This document shows positions 38,614 through 47,869 of a DNA stretch of 64,000 bases, piece by piece. Each line of letters opens with the position of its first letter. Position 1 is the stretch's first letter. The DNA comes from an uncultured Alphaproteobacteria bacterium (GTDB lineage: Bacteria > Pseudomonadota > Alphaproteobacteria > Rhizobiales > Xanthobacteraceae). The notes below the pieces were generated by a model. The model had not been told where the DNA came from. It was given only the letters and a program-made list of their open reading frames with translations, and ran no database searches. The position numbers and the translations under genes were made by a program. Location: positions 6,526 through 70,525 of the forward strand of contig CAWCSD010000024.1 of the NCBI GenBank assembly GCA_963798095.1, in the 5' to 3' direction.

Positions 38614-41256
38614 GTGGCCCTCGACGTCTACCGCAAGAAGCGAAAGTTCGGCGTCACGCCGGAGCCGCGCGGCCGCAAGGAAAAACGCGGCGACAACCGA
38701 TATGTGATCCAGAAACACGCGGCGCGGCGGCTGCATTACGATCTGCGGCTCGAGCTCGACGGCGTCATGAAAAGCTGGGCGGTCACGCGCGGCCCGAGCC
38801 TCGATCCGGGCGAAAAACGTCTCGCCGTCCACGTCGAGGACCATCCGGTCGAATACAACACTTTCGAGGGCACTATCCCGCAAGGCGAATATGGCGGCGG
38901 CACCGTGATGATCTGGGATCGCGGCCGTTGGACGCCTGAGGGCGATCCGCATCAGGGGCTCGCCAAGGGGCACCTGACATTCGATCTCGACGGCGAGAAA
39001 TTGCACGGCCGCTGGCATCTGGTGCGGCTTCGCGCGCGGCCGAAGGAACGCCGCGACAACTGGCTGCTCATCAAGAGCAAGGACGAGGCGGCGCGCGGGC
39101 CGCGTGGCAAGGATATCCTTGAAGAAGAGCCGCTGTCGGTCGCGACCGGCCGCTCGATGGACGAGATTGCCGAAGGCAAAGGCAAGAAGCGGGTCTGGCA
39201 CAGCAATCGCGACGCCAAGAAGGCGCCGGCGCAGCAGAAAGTGCCGGTCGTCAAGCCGGCGGCAAAACCGCGGGCGCGCGCCAAAGCCGCGGTCAGAACC
39301 AGTGCGCAGAAAAAGAGCTCACGGGCCGCGCACGACCGGCTTGCCCGACTTCGTTCCGCCCAGCCTTGCCACTCTGCACAGCGACGCGCCGCGCGGCAGC
39401 GAATGGCTGCACGAGATCAAATACGACGGCTATCGCATCCAGGCGCGGCTCGATCACGGCAAGGTGCGCTTGCTGACGCGCAAAAACCTGGATTGGACGC
39501 ATCGCTTCAAGCCGATCGCGGCGGCGGTCGCTGCACTGCCTGCCGAAACCGCGCTGCTCGACGGCGAACTGGTGGTCGAAGACGACAAAGGCATTTCGAG
39601 CTTCTCGCTGCTGCAAACCGATTTGAAGGACGACCGCGGCGATCGGCTGGTCTATTACGTGTTCGACCTGCTGCATCTCGACGGCCGCGATCTGACCGGC
39701 GAGCCATTGGTGGCGCGCAAGGCGGCGCTGCAGGCGCTGCTCAAGGGCACGGGCAAAACCGGCCGCATCCGCTACGCCGAGCATTTTACCGAAGATGGCC
39801 CGGTGATACTCAAGCACGCCTGCGGCCTGGATCTCGAAGGCGTCGTATCGAAGCGCAAAGATGCGCCTTATCGCTCCGGCCGCTCGGAGAATTTCATCAA
39901 GGCCAAATGCCACAACGCCCAGGAATTCGTCGTCGCCGGCTATAGCCCGGCGTCAGCCGATCCGCATGCGGTGGGCGCGCTCACGGTCGCCGTGCACGAC
40001 AACGGCGAACTGCGCTACGCCGGACGGGTCGGCACCGGCTACACCCGCAAGACCGCGCGCGAGCTGTGGCAGCGGCTCAAATCCTTGAAGATCGACAAGC
40101 CGCCGCTCACGCTGCCGAAGGACGAGCGCCGCAAGGACGTCATCTGGGTGAAGCCGCAACTCGTCATCGAGGCGGAGTACCGCGGCGTCACGCATGGTAA
40201 CGTGCTGCGCCAGGCGTCATTCAAGGGCCTGCGCGAGGACAAGCCGGCGCGCGAGGTGGTGCGCGAAGTGCCGGTCGCGGCGATGGCGCAGCGGCAGGCG
40301 GTGCGGAAGTCGGCACGGACGATGGCAAAATCACGCAACAAGGCGCCGGCAAAGACGCAGCCTGCGAAGCCTGCGACAGCGCGCGCCAAGGCAAGCGCCC
40401 GCAGCGCGGCTGATATCGGCAATGTTCACCTGACCCATCCCGACCGCGTCTATTGGGTCGACGTCGGCGTCACCAAGGAAGATTTGGCCGAATATTACGT
40501 CAGCGTCTGGGACTGGATGGCGCCGCACGTGGTCGACCGGCCGCTGGCTTTGGTGCGTTGTCCGGGCGGCACCAAGGGCCAATGTTTTTTCCAAAAACAT
40601 ATCGCGGAAAATGTGAAGGATTCGCCGCTGCGCCACGCCGTCGACGCCAAGGAGCACGACGTTATCGCCGTGGAAAAGCTCGACGACGTGATCGCGCTGG
40701 TGCAGACCGGCACGTTGGAAATCCACACCCGCGGCTCGCGGCTTGAAAAACTCGAGCTCTGCGACCGCATCGTGTTCGATCTCGATCCGGGCGAGGGGGT
40801 AGCTTGGAAGGAAATCGTCGCTGCGGCGCGCGATGTGCGCGAGCGACTCGATGCATTGAAGCTTAAAAGCTTCGCCAAGCTGTCAGGCGGCAAGGGTATC
40901 CACGTGGTGCTGCCGATCGCCGGCGCCGATTGGGACGTGGCGAAGAATTTCAGCCAAAGAATCGCGCTCGGCATGGCCGCCGACAGCCCGCAGCGCTACG
41001 TCGGCAAAATGACCAAGGCGCTGCGCAAAGGCAAAATCTTCATCGACTATCTGCGCAACACGCGCGAGGCGACTTCGGTCGCGCCCTATTCGACGCGCGC
41101 CCGTCCCGGCGCCGCGGTCTCGGCGCCGCTATCGTGGGAAGAGCTCGGCCGCACCAAGAGCGCCGCCGAATTCACCGTGCTCAATCTGAAAAAGCGCTTC
41201 CGCACGATCCCTGGGCCGACATCGGCAAGGTGCGGCAGAAGCTGCCGGCTAAATAA
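38614..41256 (+). pseudogene. ligD: ATP-dependent DNA ligase LigD (phosphoesterase-ligase-polymerase), two frameshifts
   Basis: The PE domain (YVIQKHAARRLHYDLRLE) is in frame A. The ligase (EIKYDGYR) and polymerase/primase (FDLDPGEG...GGKGIHVV) domains are in frame B from about 39310. The last 17 codons (DPWADIGKVRQKLPAK*) are in frame C from about 41205. Confidence 0.85.
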
Positions 41257-41258
41257 CG

Positions 41259-41516
41259 TCACCCCGCGAGCTTGAAGCGCTCGGCCTTCGGCTCGAACCG
41301 CGAGCGAAAAATTTCCGCGTCCAACGGGTCGGCGAAGCAGTAGCGCACGAAGGCGGCGTAATCGTCCTCGACATACATGTCGAATTTCTCGACGTATTGA
41401 ATGAGGAAATCCAAAATCTCGCTGTCATCGGCCAGTTGCCGCCGTGGCAACACCACCTGATAGGGGCATTCCTCATCGAGCTTGCGCAGCCATGCGCTTT
41501 TCTTGTCCGAATCCAT
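41259..41516 (-). CDS. Hypothetical acidic 85-aa protein behind an SOS box
   Basis: MDSDKKSAWLRKLDEECPYQVVLPRRQL... No family recognised. An AT-rich promoter with TTGACA and a LexA-type box lies immediately upstream. Confidence 0.45.
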   Translation of the reverse strand: MDSDKKSAWLRKLDEECPYQVVLPRRQLADDSEILDFLIQYVEKFDMYVEDDYAAFVRYCFADPLDAEIFRSRFEPKAERFKLAG

Positions 41517-41546
41517 TGTCTTCAGCCCTTGTTCGAACCGTCTAAT

Positions 41547-41561
41547 GTTCACTATTTGTTC
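41547..41561 (-). promoter_or_regulatory. Alphaproteobacterial SOS (LexA) box, GTTC-N7-GTTC
   Basis: Plus strand GTTCACTATTTGTTC, which is GAACAAATAGTGAAC on the gene strand. It starts 5 nt downstream of a TTGACA hexamer (41567..41572, minus strand) and ends 31 nt upstream of the ATG at 41516. Confidence 0.6.
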
Positions 41562-41641
41562 TAGATTGTCAAGCGATTTTCCAGGTGGCCTTTCGCGGAA
41601 GTTGGGGATTTCCGAAGACGAGGGCGGCGCTGGCCCCAGAA

Positions 41642-41893
41642 TTATTCGACGTCGAGCGGCTCGGTGCCGGTCGGCTTGCCTTGCGCATCCAGCGTGATCT
41701 TCTCGACGCGCGCCTCGGCTTGGCGCAACAAATCCTCGCAACGGCGCTTGAGCGCCTCGCCGCGTTCGTAGATGGCGACCAATTCCTCGAGCGGCACCTT
41801 GCCTTCTTCGAGCCGCTTGACGATCGATTCCAATTCCTCGATCGCGCGCTCGAACGGCAGTTGTGCAATATCGCTGTTGGCTTTCTGCGCCAT
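41642..41893 (-). CDS. xseB: Exodeoxyribonuclease VII small subunit
   Basis: 83 aa. [43 protein letters not shown]. Confidence 0.85.
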   Translation of the reverse strand: MAQKANSDIAQLPFERAIEELESIVKRLEEGKVPLEELVAIYERGEALKRRCEDLLRQAEARVEKITLDAQGKPTGTEPLDVE

Positions 41894-41950
41894 TCTCGGC
41901 TCTCCCACTCGCAATGTTCCGATATTAGCGTGTTTGCGGCAGCGGCGTCG

Positions 41951-42881
41951 CTACCCATGCATCAGCGTCGTGACGTGGGCGGCGACCGAATTGCCCAGCG
42001 CCCGCAGATCATAGCCACCCTCGAGCAGCGACACGACACGGCCCTCGGCGCAGTGATCGGCGACGTCCATGATCTTTTGCGTCACCCAGACGAAATCGTC
42101 CTCGCTAAGATTGATGCTGGCGAGCGGGTCGCGCATGTGGGCGTCGAAACCGGCGGAGATGATGACGAGCTCCGGCCGGAACTCGCGCAGCCGCGGCAGG
42201 ATCCTATCCTCGAAGGCGGCGCGGAACGCCTCGCCGCCGTCGCCGGGGCGCAGCGGCGCGTTGACCACGGTGTTGTGCGTGCCGGATTCGATGACGGCGC
42301 CGGTGCCGGGAAACAGCGGCATCTGGTGGGTCGAGCAATACATCACCGATTTGTCGGCCCAGAAAATCTCCTGCGAGCCGTTGCCGTGGTGCACGTCGAA
42401 ATCGACGATCGCGGCACGCGCGATGCCGTGCTGCTTTTGCGCGTAGCGCGCGGCGATGGCGGCATTGTCGAACAGGCAAAAGCCCATAGGGCGCGCGGTC
42501 TCGGCGTGGTGGCCGGGCGGGCGCGTGGCGACGAAGGCGTTTGTCGTCTTCTTGGCCAAGACCTCGTCGACGGCGAGGACGGCGCCGCCGACTGCGCGCA
42601 AGGCCGCTTCGAACGTGCCAGGCGACATCGAGGTGTCGGCGTCGAGACTGCACCATGCCCTCTTTGGGCGAGGCTTCGCGCAGCTCGACGATGTAGTCCA
42701 TCGGATGGCACAGCGCGATGGTCTCGATGGCCGCCATCGGCGCCTGCTCGCGGGCGAGCGGTTGGAACTTTTCCGCTTCCAGCGCCTGCTCGATGGCGCG
42801 CAGCCGGTCGGGCCGCTCGGGATGGCCGGCCGGAGTCAAATGTTCAAGGCAAGCGGGATGGCTGATCAGGAGTGTGGACAT
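41951..42881 (-). pseudogene. Histone-deacetylase-family (acetoin-utilisation/AcuC-like) protein, one frameshift
   Basis: The N-terminal part (MSTLLISHPACLEHLTPAGHPERPDR...SPKEGMVQ) is in ORF 42204..42881. The remainder (LDADTSMSPGTFEAALRA...RPPGHHAE...DFDVHHGNG) is in ORF 41951..42628. The switch is near 42640..42650. Confidence 0.8.
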
Positions 42882-42936
42882 CAGACAAATGTAGGATGGG
42901 TTGAGCGTAAGCGAAACCCGTCATATTCTGGCGCGC

Positions 42937-44709
42937 TTACGCCAGCGCCGCATCGGCGCCGATCAGGCCGGGCGCGCCTTCGACCACGATGCGTTCGAGC
43001 CCGCCGGCTTGAACGGCAAAATTCTCGGCAAAAAACCGCGCCAGCGCGAGGCGTGGTTGCGCCGCTTCGCCGAGCCGAATAGCGGCCAGCGCCTGCTGCG
43101 CCAGGTAACAGCCGCCGGTGGTGATGCCGAACAGCCGCAGATAGGGGCTGGCGCCGGCCAGCGCCGCATCGGCGTCCTTGCCGGTTTGGCCGATTAGCCA
43201 TTGCGTCGCGCGCGTAAGGCTGTCGAGCGCCTCGCCGAGCCGCGTCGATGTCCAGCCGAATGCCGGGTCGTTGCTGGCGCTTACGGCATCGACGATGCCG
43301 CGCAGCTCCTCGAGATGCGCCGCGACGGCGTCGCCGCCGCTAAGCGGCAATTTGCGCGTCACCAGGTCGATCGCCTGGATGCCGTTGGTGCCTTCGTAGA
43401 TCGCGGCGATCCGCGCATCGCGAAACAGCTGCGCCGCGCCGGTCTCCTCGACAAAACCCATGCCGCCGTGGACCTGGATGCTGAGCGAGGTGACCTCGTT
43501 GGCGATGTCGGTCGAGAACGCCTTGGCGACCGGCGTGAGCAACGACAGGCGGTCGTGCGCCGCCTTTCGCGCGGCCTCGTCGCTCGATCGCTCGGAACGG
43601 TCGAGCGCCATCGCGGTCGAATAGCAGATGGCGCGCGCGGCGCCGGTGAGCGCGCGCATGGTGAGCAGCATGCGCTTGACGTCGGGGTAGGCGATCAGGG
43701 CTGCCGATTCCGTCGCCTTCATGCCGGGCGTGCGGCCTTGCTTGCGGTCGCGGGCGTAAGCGAGCGCCTGCTGGGTGGCCGCCTCGGCGATGCCGACGCC
43801 TTGCACGCCGATCGCCAGCCGGGCGCGGTTCATCATGGTGAACATGCAGGCCATGCCGGCATTCTCTTCGCCGATCAAAAAGCCAACGGCGCCGCCTTCG
43901 TCGCCGAGAATCATGGTGCAGGTCGGCGAGCCGTGAATGCCGAGCTTGTGCTCGACCGAATGAGCGCGCACGTCATTGCGCTTGCCCGGCGAGCCGTCGG
44001 CATTGGGCAAGAATTTCGGCACCAGGAACAGCGAAATGCCGCGCGTGCCGGGCGGCGCATCGGGCAGGCGCGCCAGCACGAAGTGAATGATGTTTTCGGT
44101 GAGATCGTGCTCGCCATAGGTGATGAAGATTTTCTGGCCTTTGACGCGGTAGGTACCGTCGGCTGCGCGTTCGGCGCGGGTGCGCAACGCGCCGACGTCG
44201 GAGCCGGCCTGCGGCTCGGTGAGCTGCATGGTGCCGGTCCATTCGCCGGTCACCATTTTCTCCAGGTAAATGCGCTTGAGCTCTTCGCTGCCGTGGGCGT
44301 GCAGGGCATCGATCGCCGCGATGGTCAGCAGTGGGCCGACGGCAAACGCCATGGCCGCGGAGTTCCACATTTCGATGCAGGCGATGTTGATCGACTGCGG
44401 CAACGCCTGGCCGCCCCATTCCACCGGCGCCGCCAGCCCGTTCCAGCCGCCGTCGCGCCACGTTTTGTAGGCTTCCTTCCAGCCGGGCGCGGTGGTGACG
44501 ACGCCGTCCTTGAACGGCGTGCCGAACGTGTCGCCGACCCGATTGAGCGGTGCGATGACTTCGCCGGCGAGGCGGCCCGCTTCAGCCAGTACCGCCTCGA
44601 CCACATCCATGGTGAGATCGCCGAACAGCCCTTCGTCGAGCGCGGATGAAAACGCGGCGCCGTGCTTGAGCGCGAAGCCGATGTCGGCGAGCGGGGCCCG
44701 ATAGGTCAC
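42937..44709 (-). CDS. Long-form acyl-CoA dehydrogenase (with a C-terminal extension domain)
   Basis: 590 aa. GWNGLAAPVEWGGQALP, QLTEPQAGSDVGA, IYEGTNGIQA. Confidence 0.9.
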   Translation of the reverse strand: MTYRAPLADIGFALKHGAAFSSALDEGLFGDLTMDVVEAVLAEAGRLAGEVIAPLNRVGDTFGTPFKDGVVTTAPGWKEAYKTWRDGGWNGLAAPVEWGGQALPQSINIACIEMWNSAAMAFAVGPLLTIAAIDALHAHGSEELKRIYLEKMVTGEWTGTMQLTEPQAGSDVGALRTRAERAADGTYRVKGQKIFITYGEHDLTENIIHFVLARLPDAPPGTRGISLFLVPKFLPNADGSPGKRNDVRAHSVEHKLGIHGSPTCTMILGDEGGAVGFLIGEENAGMACMFTMMNRARLAIGVQGVGIAEAATQQALAYARDRKQGRTPGMKATESAALIAYPDVKRMLLTMRALTGAARAICYSTAMALDRSERSSDEAARKAAHDRLSLLTPVAKAFSTDIANEVTSLSIQVHGGMGFVEETGAAQLFRDARIAAIYEGTNGIQAIDLVTRKLPLSGGDAVAAHLEELRGIVDAVSASNDPAFGWTSTRLGEALDSLTRATQWLIGQTGKDADAALAGASPYLRLFGITTGGCYLAQQALAAIRLGEAAQPRLALARFFAENFAVQAGGLERIVVEGAPGLIGADAALA

Positions 44710-45584
44710 CGGCGGTCTCCATAGGTTTCAACGGTTGTTACGCCCGGCGGCGGTGGAATGTCGTCCGGCAAGAAAAAGTCTTGCGCCAGAGGCTCTCGCG
44801 GGTCGACGCGATAGCGGTCGAAGTCGGTGACGCCGCGTTCGGCGAGAAAATTGTCGTCGATGAGAAAGCGTCCGGTCAGTTGGCGCGACGGGCTTGTAAA
44901 AACCGCATAAGCCGCGTCCGCCATGATGTCGGGCTTGCGCGCCTGGCGCATCCGCGTCTCGCCGCCGAGCAGGTTTTTGATCGCGGCGGTGGCGATGATG
45001 GTGCGCGGCCACAGCGCGTTCACCGCGATGCCTTGGCTGCGCAACTCGCCGGCCAAGCCCAGCACGACCAGGCTCATGCCGAACTTCGCCATGCTGTAGG
45101 CGGTGTGCGGCGCGAACCATTTCTCCTTCATGTCGAGCGGCGGCGAGATCATGAGGATGTGCGGATTGACCGCCTTTGCCAGATGGGGAATCGCCCATTT
45201 CGAGACGACGAAGGTGCCGCGCGCGTTGATCTGGTGCATGAGGTCGAACCGCTTCATGTCGGTGTCGACCACCGGCGTGAGCTGGATCGCGCTGGCATTG
45301 TTGACCACGATATCGATGCCGCCGAATTTTTGCGCCGTTTGGTCGAGTGCATCTCGCACAACAGCTTCGTCGCGCACATCGACGACGAGCGGCAGCGCCT
45401 TGCCGCCGGCGCGCTCGATCTCATCGGCCGCGGTATAGATCGTGCCTTGCAGTTTTGGATGCGGCTCGGCGGTTTTGGCCGCGATGGCGATATTGGCGCC
45501 GTCGCGCGCGGCGCGCAGCGCGATCGCCAGCCCAATGCCGCGCGAGGCACCGGTGATGAACAGGGTTTTTCCGGCAAGCGACAT
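44706..45584 (-). CDS. SDR-family oxidoreductase (HSDL2-like)
   Basis: TGASRGIG, NNASA, YSMAK. 4-nt overlap with the downstream gene. Confidence 0.85.
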   Translation of the reverse strand: MSLAGKTLFITGASRGIGLAIALRAARDGANIAIAAKTAEPHPKLQGTIYTAADEIERAGGKALPLVVDVRDEAVVRDALDQTAQKFGGIDIVVNNASAIQLTPVVDTDMKRFDLMHQINARGTFVVSKWAIPHLAKAVNPHILMISPPLDMKEKWFAPHTAYSMAKFGMSLVVLGLAGELRSQGIAVNALWPRTIIATAAIKNLLGGETRMRQARKPDIMADAAYAVFTSPSRQLTGRFLIDDNFLAERGVTDFDRYRVDPREPLAQDFFLPDDIPPPPGVTTVETYGDRR

Positions 45585-45591
45585 CGCCGCC

Positions 45592-46344
45592 TCACTTCTT
45601 GCGCGACAGAAACGCGGAGAACGCGGCGCGCGCTTCGTCCGACTGCAAACGGTCCTTGAAATGCATCACTTCGGTATCGATCTGCTGCACCACAGCGTCA
45701 AGATGGCCGCGCAACAGCCGGCGCGACACCGCGACGGCGCCGGCTGGAAGCGCTGCGATCTCCCGCGCCGCCTGCAACGCGACGGCATCGACCGCGGCGG
45801 CTTCGACCACCTTATTGACGATGCCGGCTTCTCTGGCTTGCTCGGCGGAAAGCGGATGCCCCATCACCAGCATCTCGAAGGCGCGCGCATAGCCCATGCG
45901 CATCGGCGCCAAGCAGACTCGACGCCGCTTCCGGGATCAGCGCCAGCTTCAAGAACGGCGTGGTGAAGGTAGCGTCGGCCGAGGCGACGACATGATCGCA
46001 GTGGAACAGCAGGGTGGTGCCGATGCCGACGGCGAGCCCGCCGACCGCGGCGACCAACGGCTTCTGGTTATTGGCCAGGACTTTTAAGAAATTCCAGCGT
46101 ATGCGGCCGCAAGCCGCCGCTTTGCGCCGACTTCGAGAAACTCGCCGATATCGGCGCCGGCGCAGAACGCACCTTGGCCGCCGGCCAGCACGAGGCAGCG
46201 GATCGCCTCGTTCGCCTCCGCCTCGCGCATGGCGTGGGTCATCGCCGCATACATCGGCTGGGTCAGCGCGTTCTTCTTTTCCGGGCGGTTCATCCGGATG
46301 ATGCGAACGGCGCCGTCATCGGTCACGACGATGGAATCGGACAT
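45592..46344 (-). pseudogene. Enoyl-CoA hydratase/isomerase, at least two frameshifts
   Basis: Three collinear pieces lie in three frames: MSDSIVVTDDGAVRIIRMNRPEKKNAL...GAFCAGADIGEFL; KPLVAAVGGLAVGIGTTLLFHCD...LIPEAASSLL; APMRMGYARAFEMLVMGHPLSAEQA... The switches are near 46080-46130 and 45908-45914. Confidence 0.75.
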
Positions 46345-46541
46345 GGTGTCGCCCTCAATTCGCAATGCCGGCCGGGTCGCGCAACGCGTCGGCGGCCAAG
46401 CCAGACATTATTACCGGACATTATTATATGGCGCTTGGCGGGCGAGGATAGCGGCGTGGCCGGGCCGAACATTGCTTGGCGCAGGCCCCGTCGCTATGTT
46501 GCGGCGGCCGGCCCAGGCGGCCGGCGCCAATCCGACGGTAT

Positions 46542-46616
46542 TGGGGCGTAGCCAAGTGGTAAGGCAGCGGATTTTGATTCCGCCATTCCCTGGTTCGAAT
46601 CCAGGCGCCCCAGCCA
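46542..46616 (+). tRNA. tRNA-Gln (anticodon UUG), CCA encoded
   Basis: Cloverleaf read by hand. Acceptor TGGGGCG/CGCCCCA. Anticodon stem GCGGA/TCCGC with loop TT-TTG-AT. T arm CCTGG-TTCGAAT-CCAGG. Discriminator G plus CCA. Confidence 0.9.
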
Positions 46617-47009
46617 CGCAGTCTGGTCTCTAGGGGGTGTTTCCCACTCACAAGAATTAGCGCGACATTACCGCGAGTTAGCGAGACGTTGCGCGGTCTC
46701 TGCAGCTCAATTTTCCGGATTTTGAGCCACCACCGCTCAATTCCGCACGTCAGTCTCCGGTCGCCAATTTTCAATATCCGTGTTCTGGCTGTGGAGACTC
46801 GGTTCGACATCGCACGAGACCCGGTTCGAATTTGAATCATGCCGAATTAGTCAGCACGAATGAGTGCAATTCTGGCGCATCGACAACATCGGGCACGTAT
46901 GAGGTCGGCTGCGCGGCAAACGGTGCGAGTGCGCCAGCGGCTTGAAGCGGCGCAGTCGATTTGCAGTGATGCGCCGTAGCGTAGTAGCCCAGACTGCATT
47001 GGAGACCAT

Positions 47010-47249
47010 ATGCTTGGCATTCCACGTCGCTACAGCCACTTCGTCTTTGGGACTATTCAAGCAGGATTAACTTCGCTAATCGCCGCTGGGATTGCGAGCT
47101 TATCCTTCTCAGCTCAGGGGCACTTTTTAAGCCACTGGCTAGTGTCCTGGCTAATTTCATGGGCGGCAATGCTTCCCCTTGTGCTGTTTGCTGCTCCCTC
47201 CATTCGCGCCCTCTCGATCCTGCTTACGAAAGAGGAGCCAACCCATTGA
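47010..47249 (+). CDS. DUF2798-like small membrane protein
   Basis: 79 aa with two hydrophobic helices. The N-terminus (RRYSHFVFGTIQAGLTSLIAAGIAS) resembles DUF2798 from memory. Confidence 0.55.
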   Translation: MLGIPRRYSHFVFGTIQAGLTSLIAAGIASLSFSAQGHFLSHWLVSWLISWAAMLPLVLFAAPSIRALSILLTKEEPTH

Positions 47250-47396
47250 GGCACGATCCAGGGGCGATCAGTCCCCCATTCAGATTGTCACCCAGAAGTG
47301 ATGTCGACGCGACATGAATGTTATTTGCATTTAGCGAATGGCTGCCGCATCCAGGCCGCTCTTTATCGGTAAGGAACCGCGAAAAGGGGCGGACAC

Positions 47397-47804
47397 ATGT
47401 CAGCGCTGAACTCTGGTCGGCTCGCATTCGATGGCTTGCGGGTGGGCGAGCTCGCTCGGCCAGCGGCGGAGAAATTCGCGGGCGCGTGGCTTGCTTGCCT
47501 TCTTGTGATGGCACGAGGCAATATCTTTGCGGCGTTCAGTTACGAGCATATAGTGCTCGCCACAGTTTGCGGTTCTGTGGGCGCGGTGGTTACGGTTGCA
47601 CTTCTCCTCCAGATGGACCGGACAATTAACAGCGTGAGCCGCCAGGCGACACTCAGCGCAGTCGTGACGCTGGTCGGTGATGTGTTCGCACATCCATCGC
47701 ATTTTGGCCCCCAATGGGCGGAGCCGGTGGTCACTGCCGCTGTATCAGCTGCAATAGCGGTTGCGCTATGGTACGCAAAGCGGTGGTTGCGCGTAGCCAA
47801 CTGA
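47397..47804 (+). CDS. Hypothetical membrane protein
   Basis: 135 aa with 3-4 hydrophobic segments. No family recognised. Confidence 0.4.
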   Translation: MSALNSGRLAFDGLRVGELARPAAEKFAGAWLACLLVMARGNIFAAFSYEHIVLATVCGSVGAVVTVALLLQMDRTINSVSRQATLSAVVTLVGDVFAHPSHFGPQWAEPVVTAAVSAAIAVALWYAKRWLRVAN

Positions 47805-47869
47805 TGAGAAAAATCGCGGCCCCGGTTAGGTGATCGTAAGCTGACAATTCGGTGCAATAGGAGCCCATT

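Noticed and set aside
38614-41256. Programmed ribosomal frameshifting as an explanation for split ligD and the other split genes.
   Set aside because: I see no slippery heptamer plus downstream structure at the junctions. Several genes need multiple shifts in both directions. The affected families are not known to use recoding. Mutation or sequence error is more parsimonious.
46795-46835. Two T-arm-like motifs (GGTTCGACAT at 46801 and GGTTCGAAT at 46823) about 200 nt downstream of tRNA-Gln, considered as att-site or tRNA-fragment repeats.
   Set aside because: Only 9 nt are shared with the tRNA T-loop, and the match does not extend into the acceptor 3' end, which is what island att repeats normally duplicate. 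Too short to distinguish from chance.
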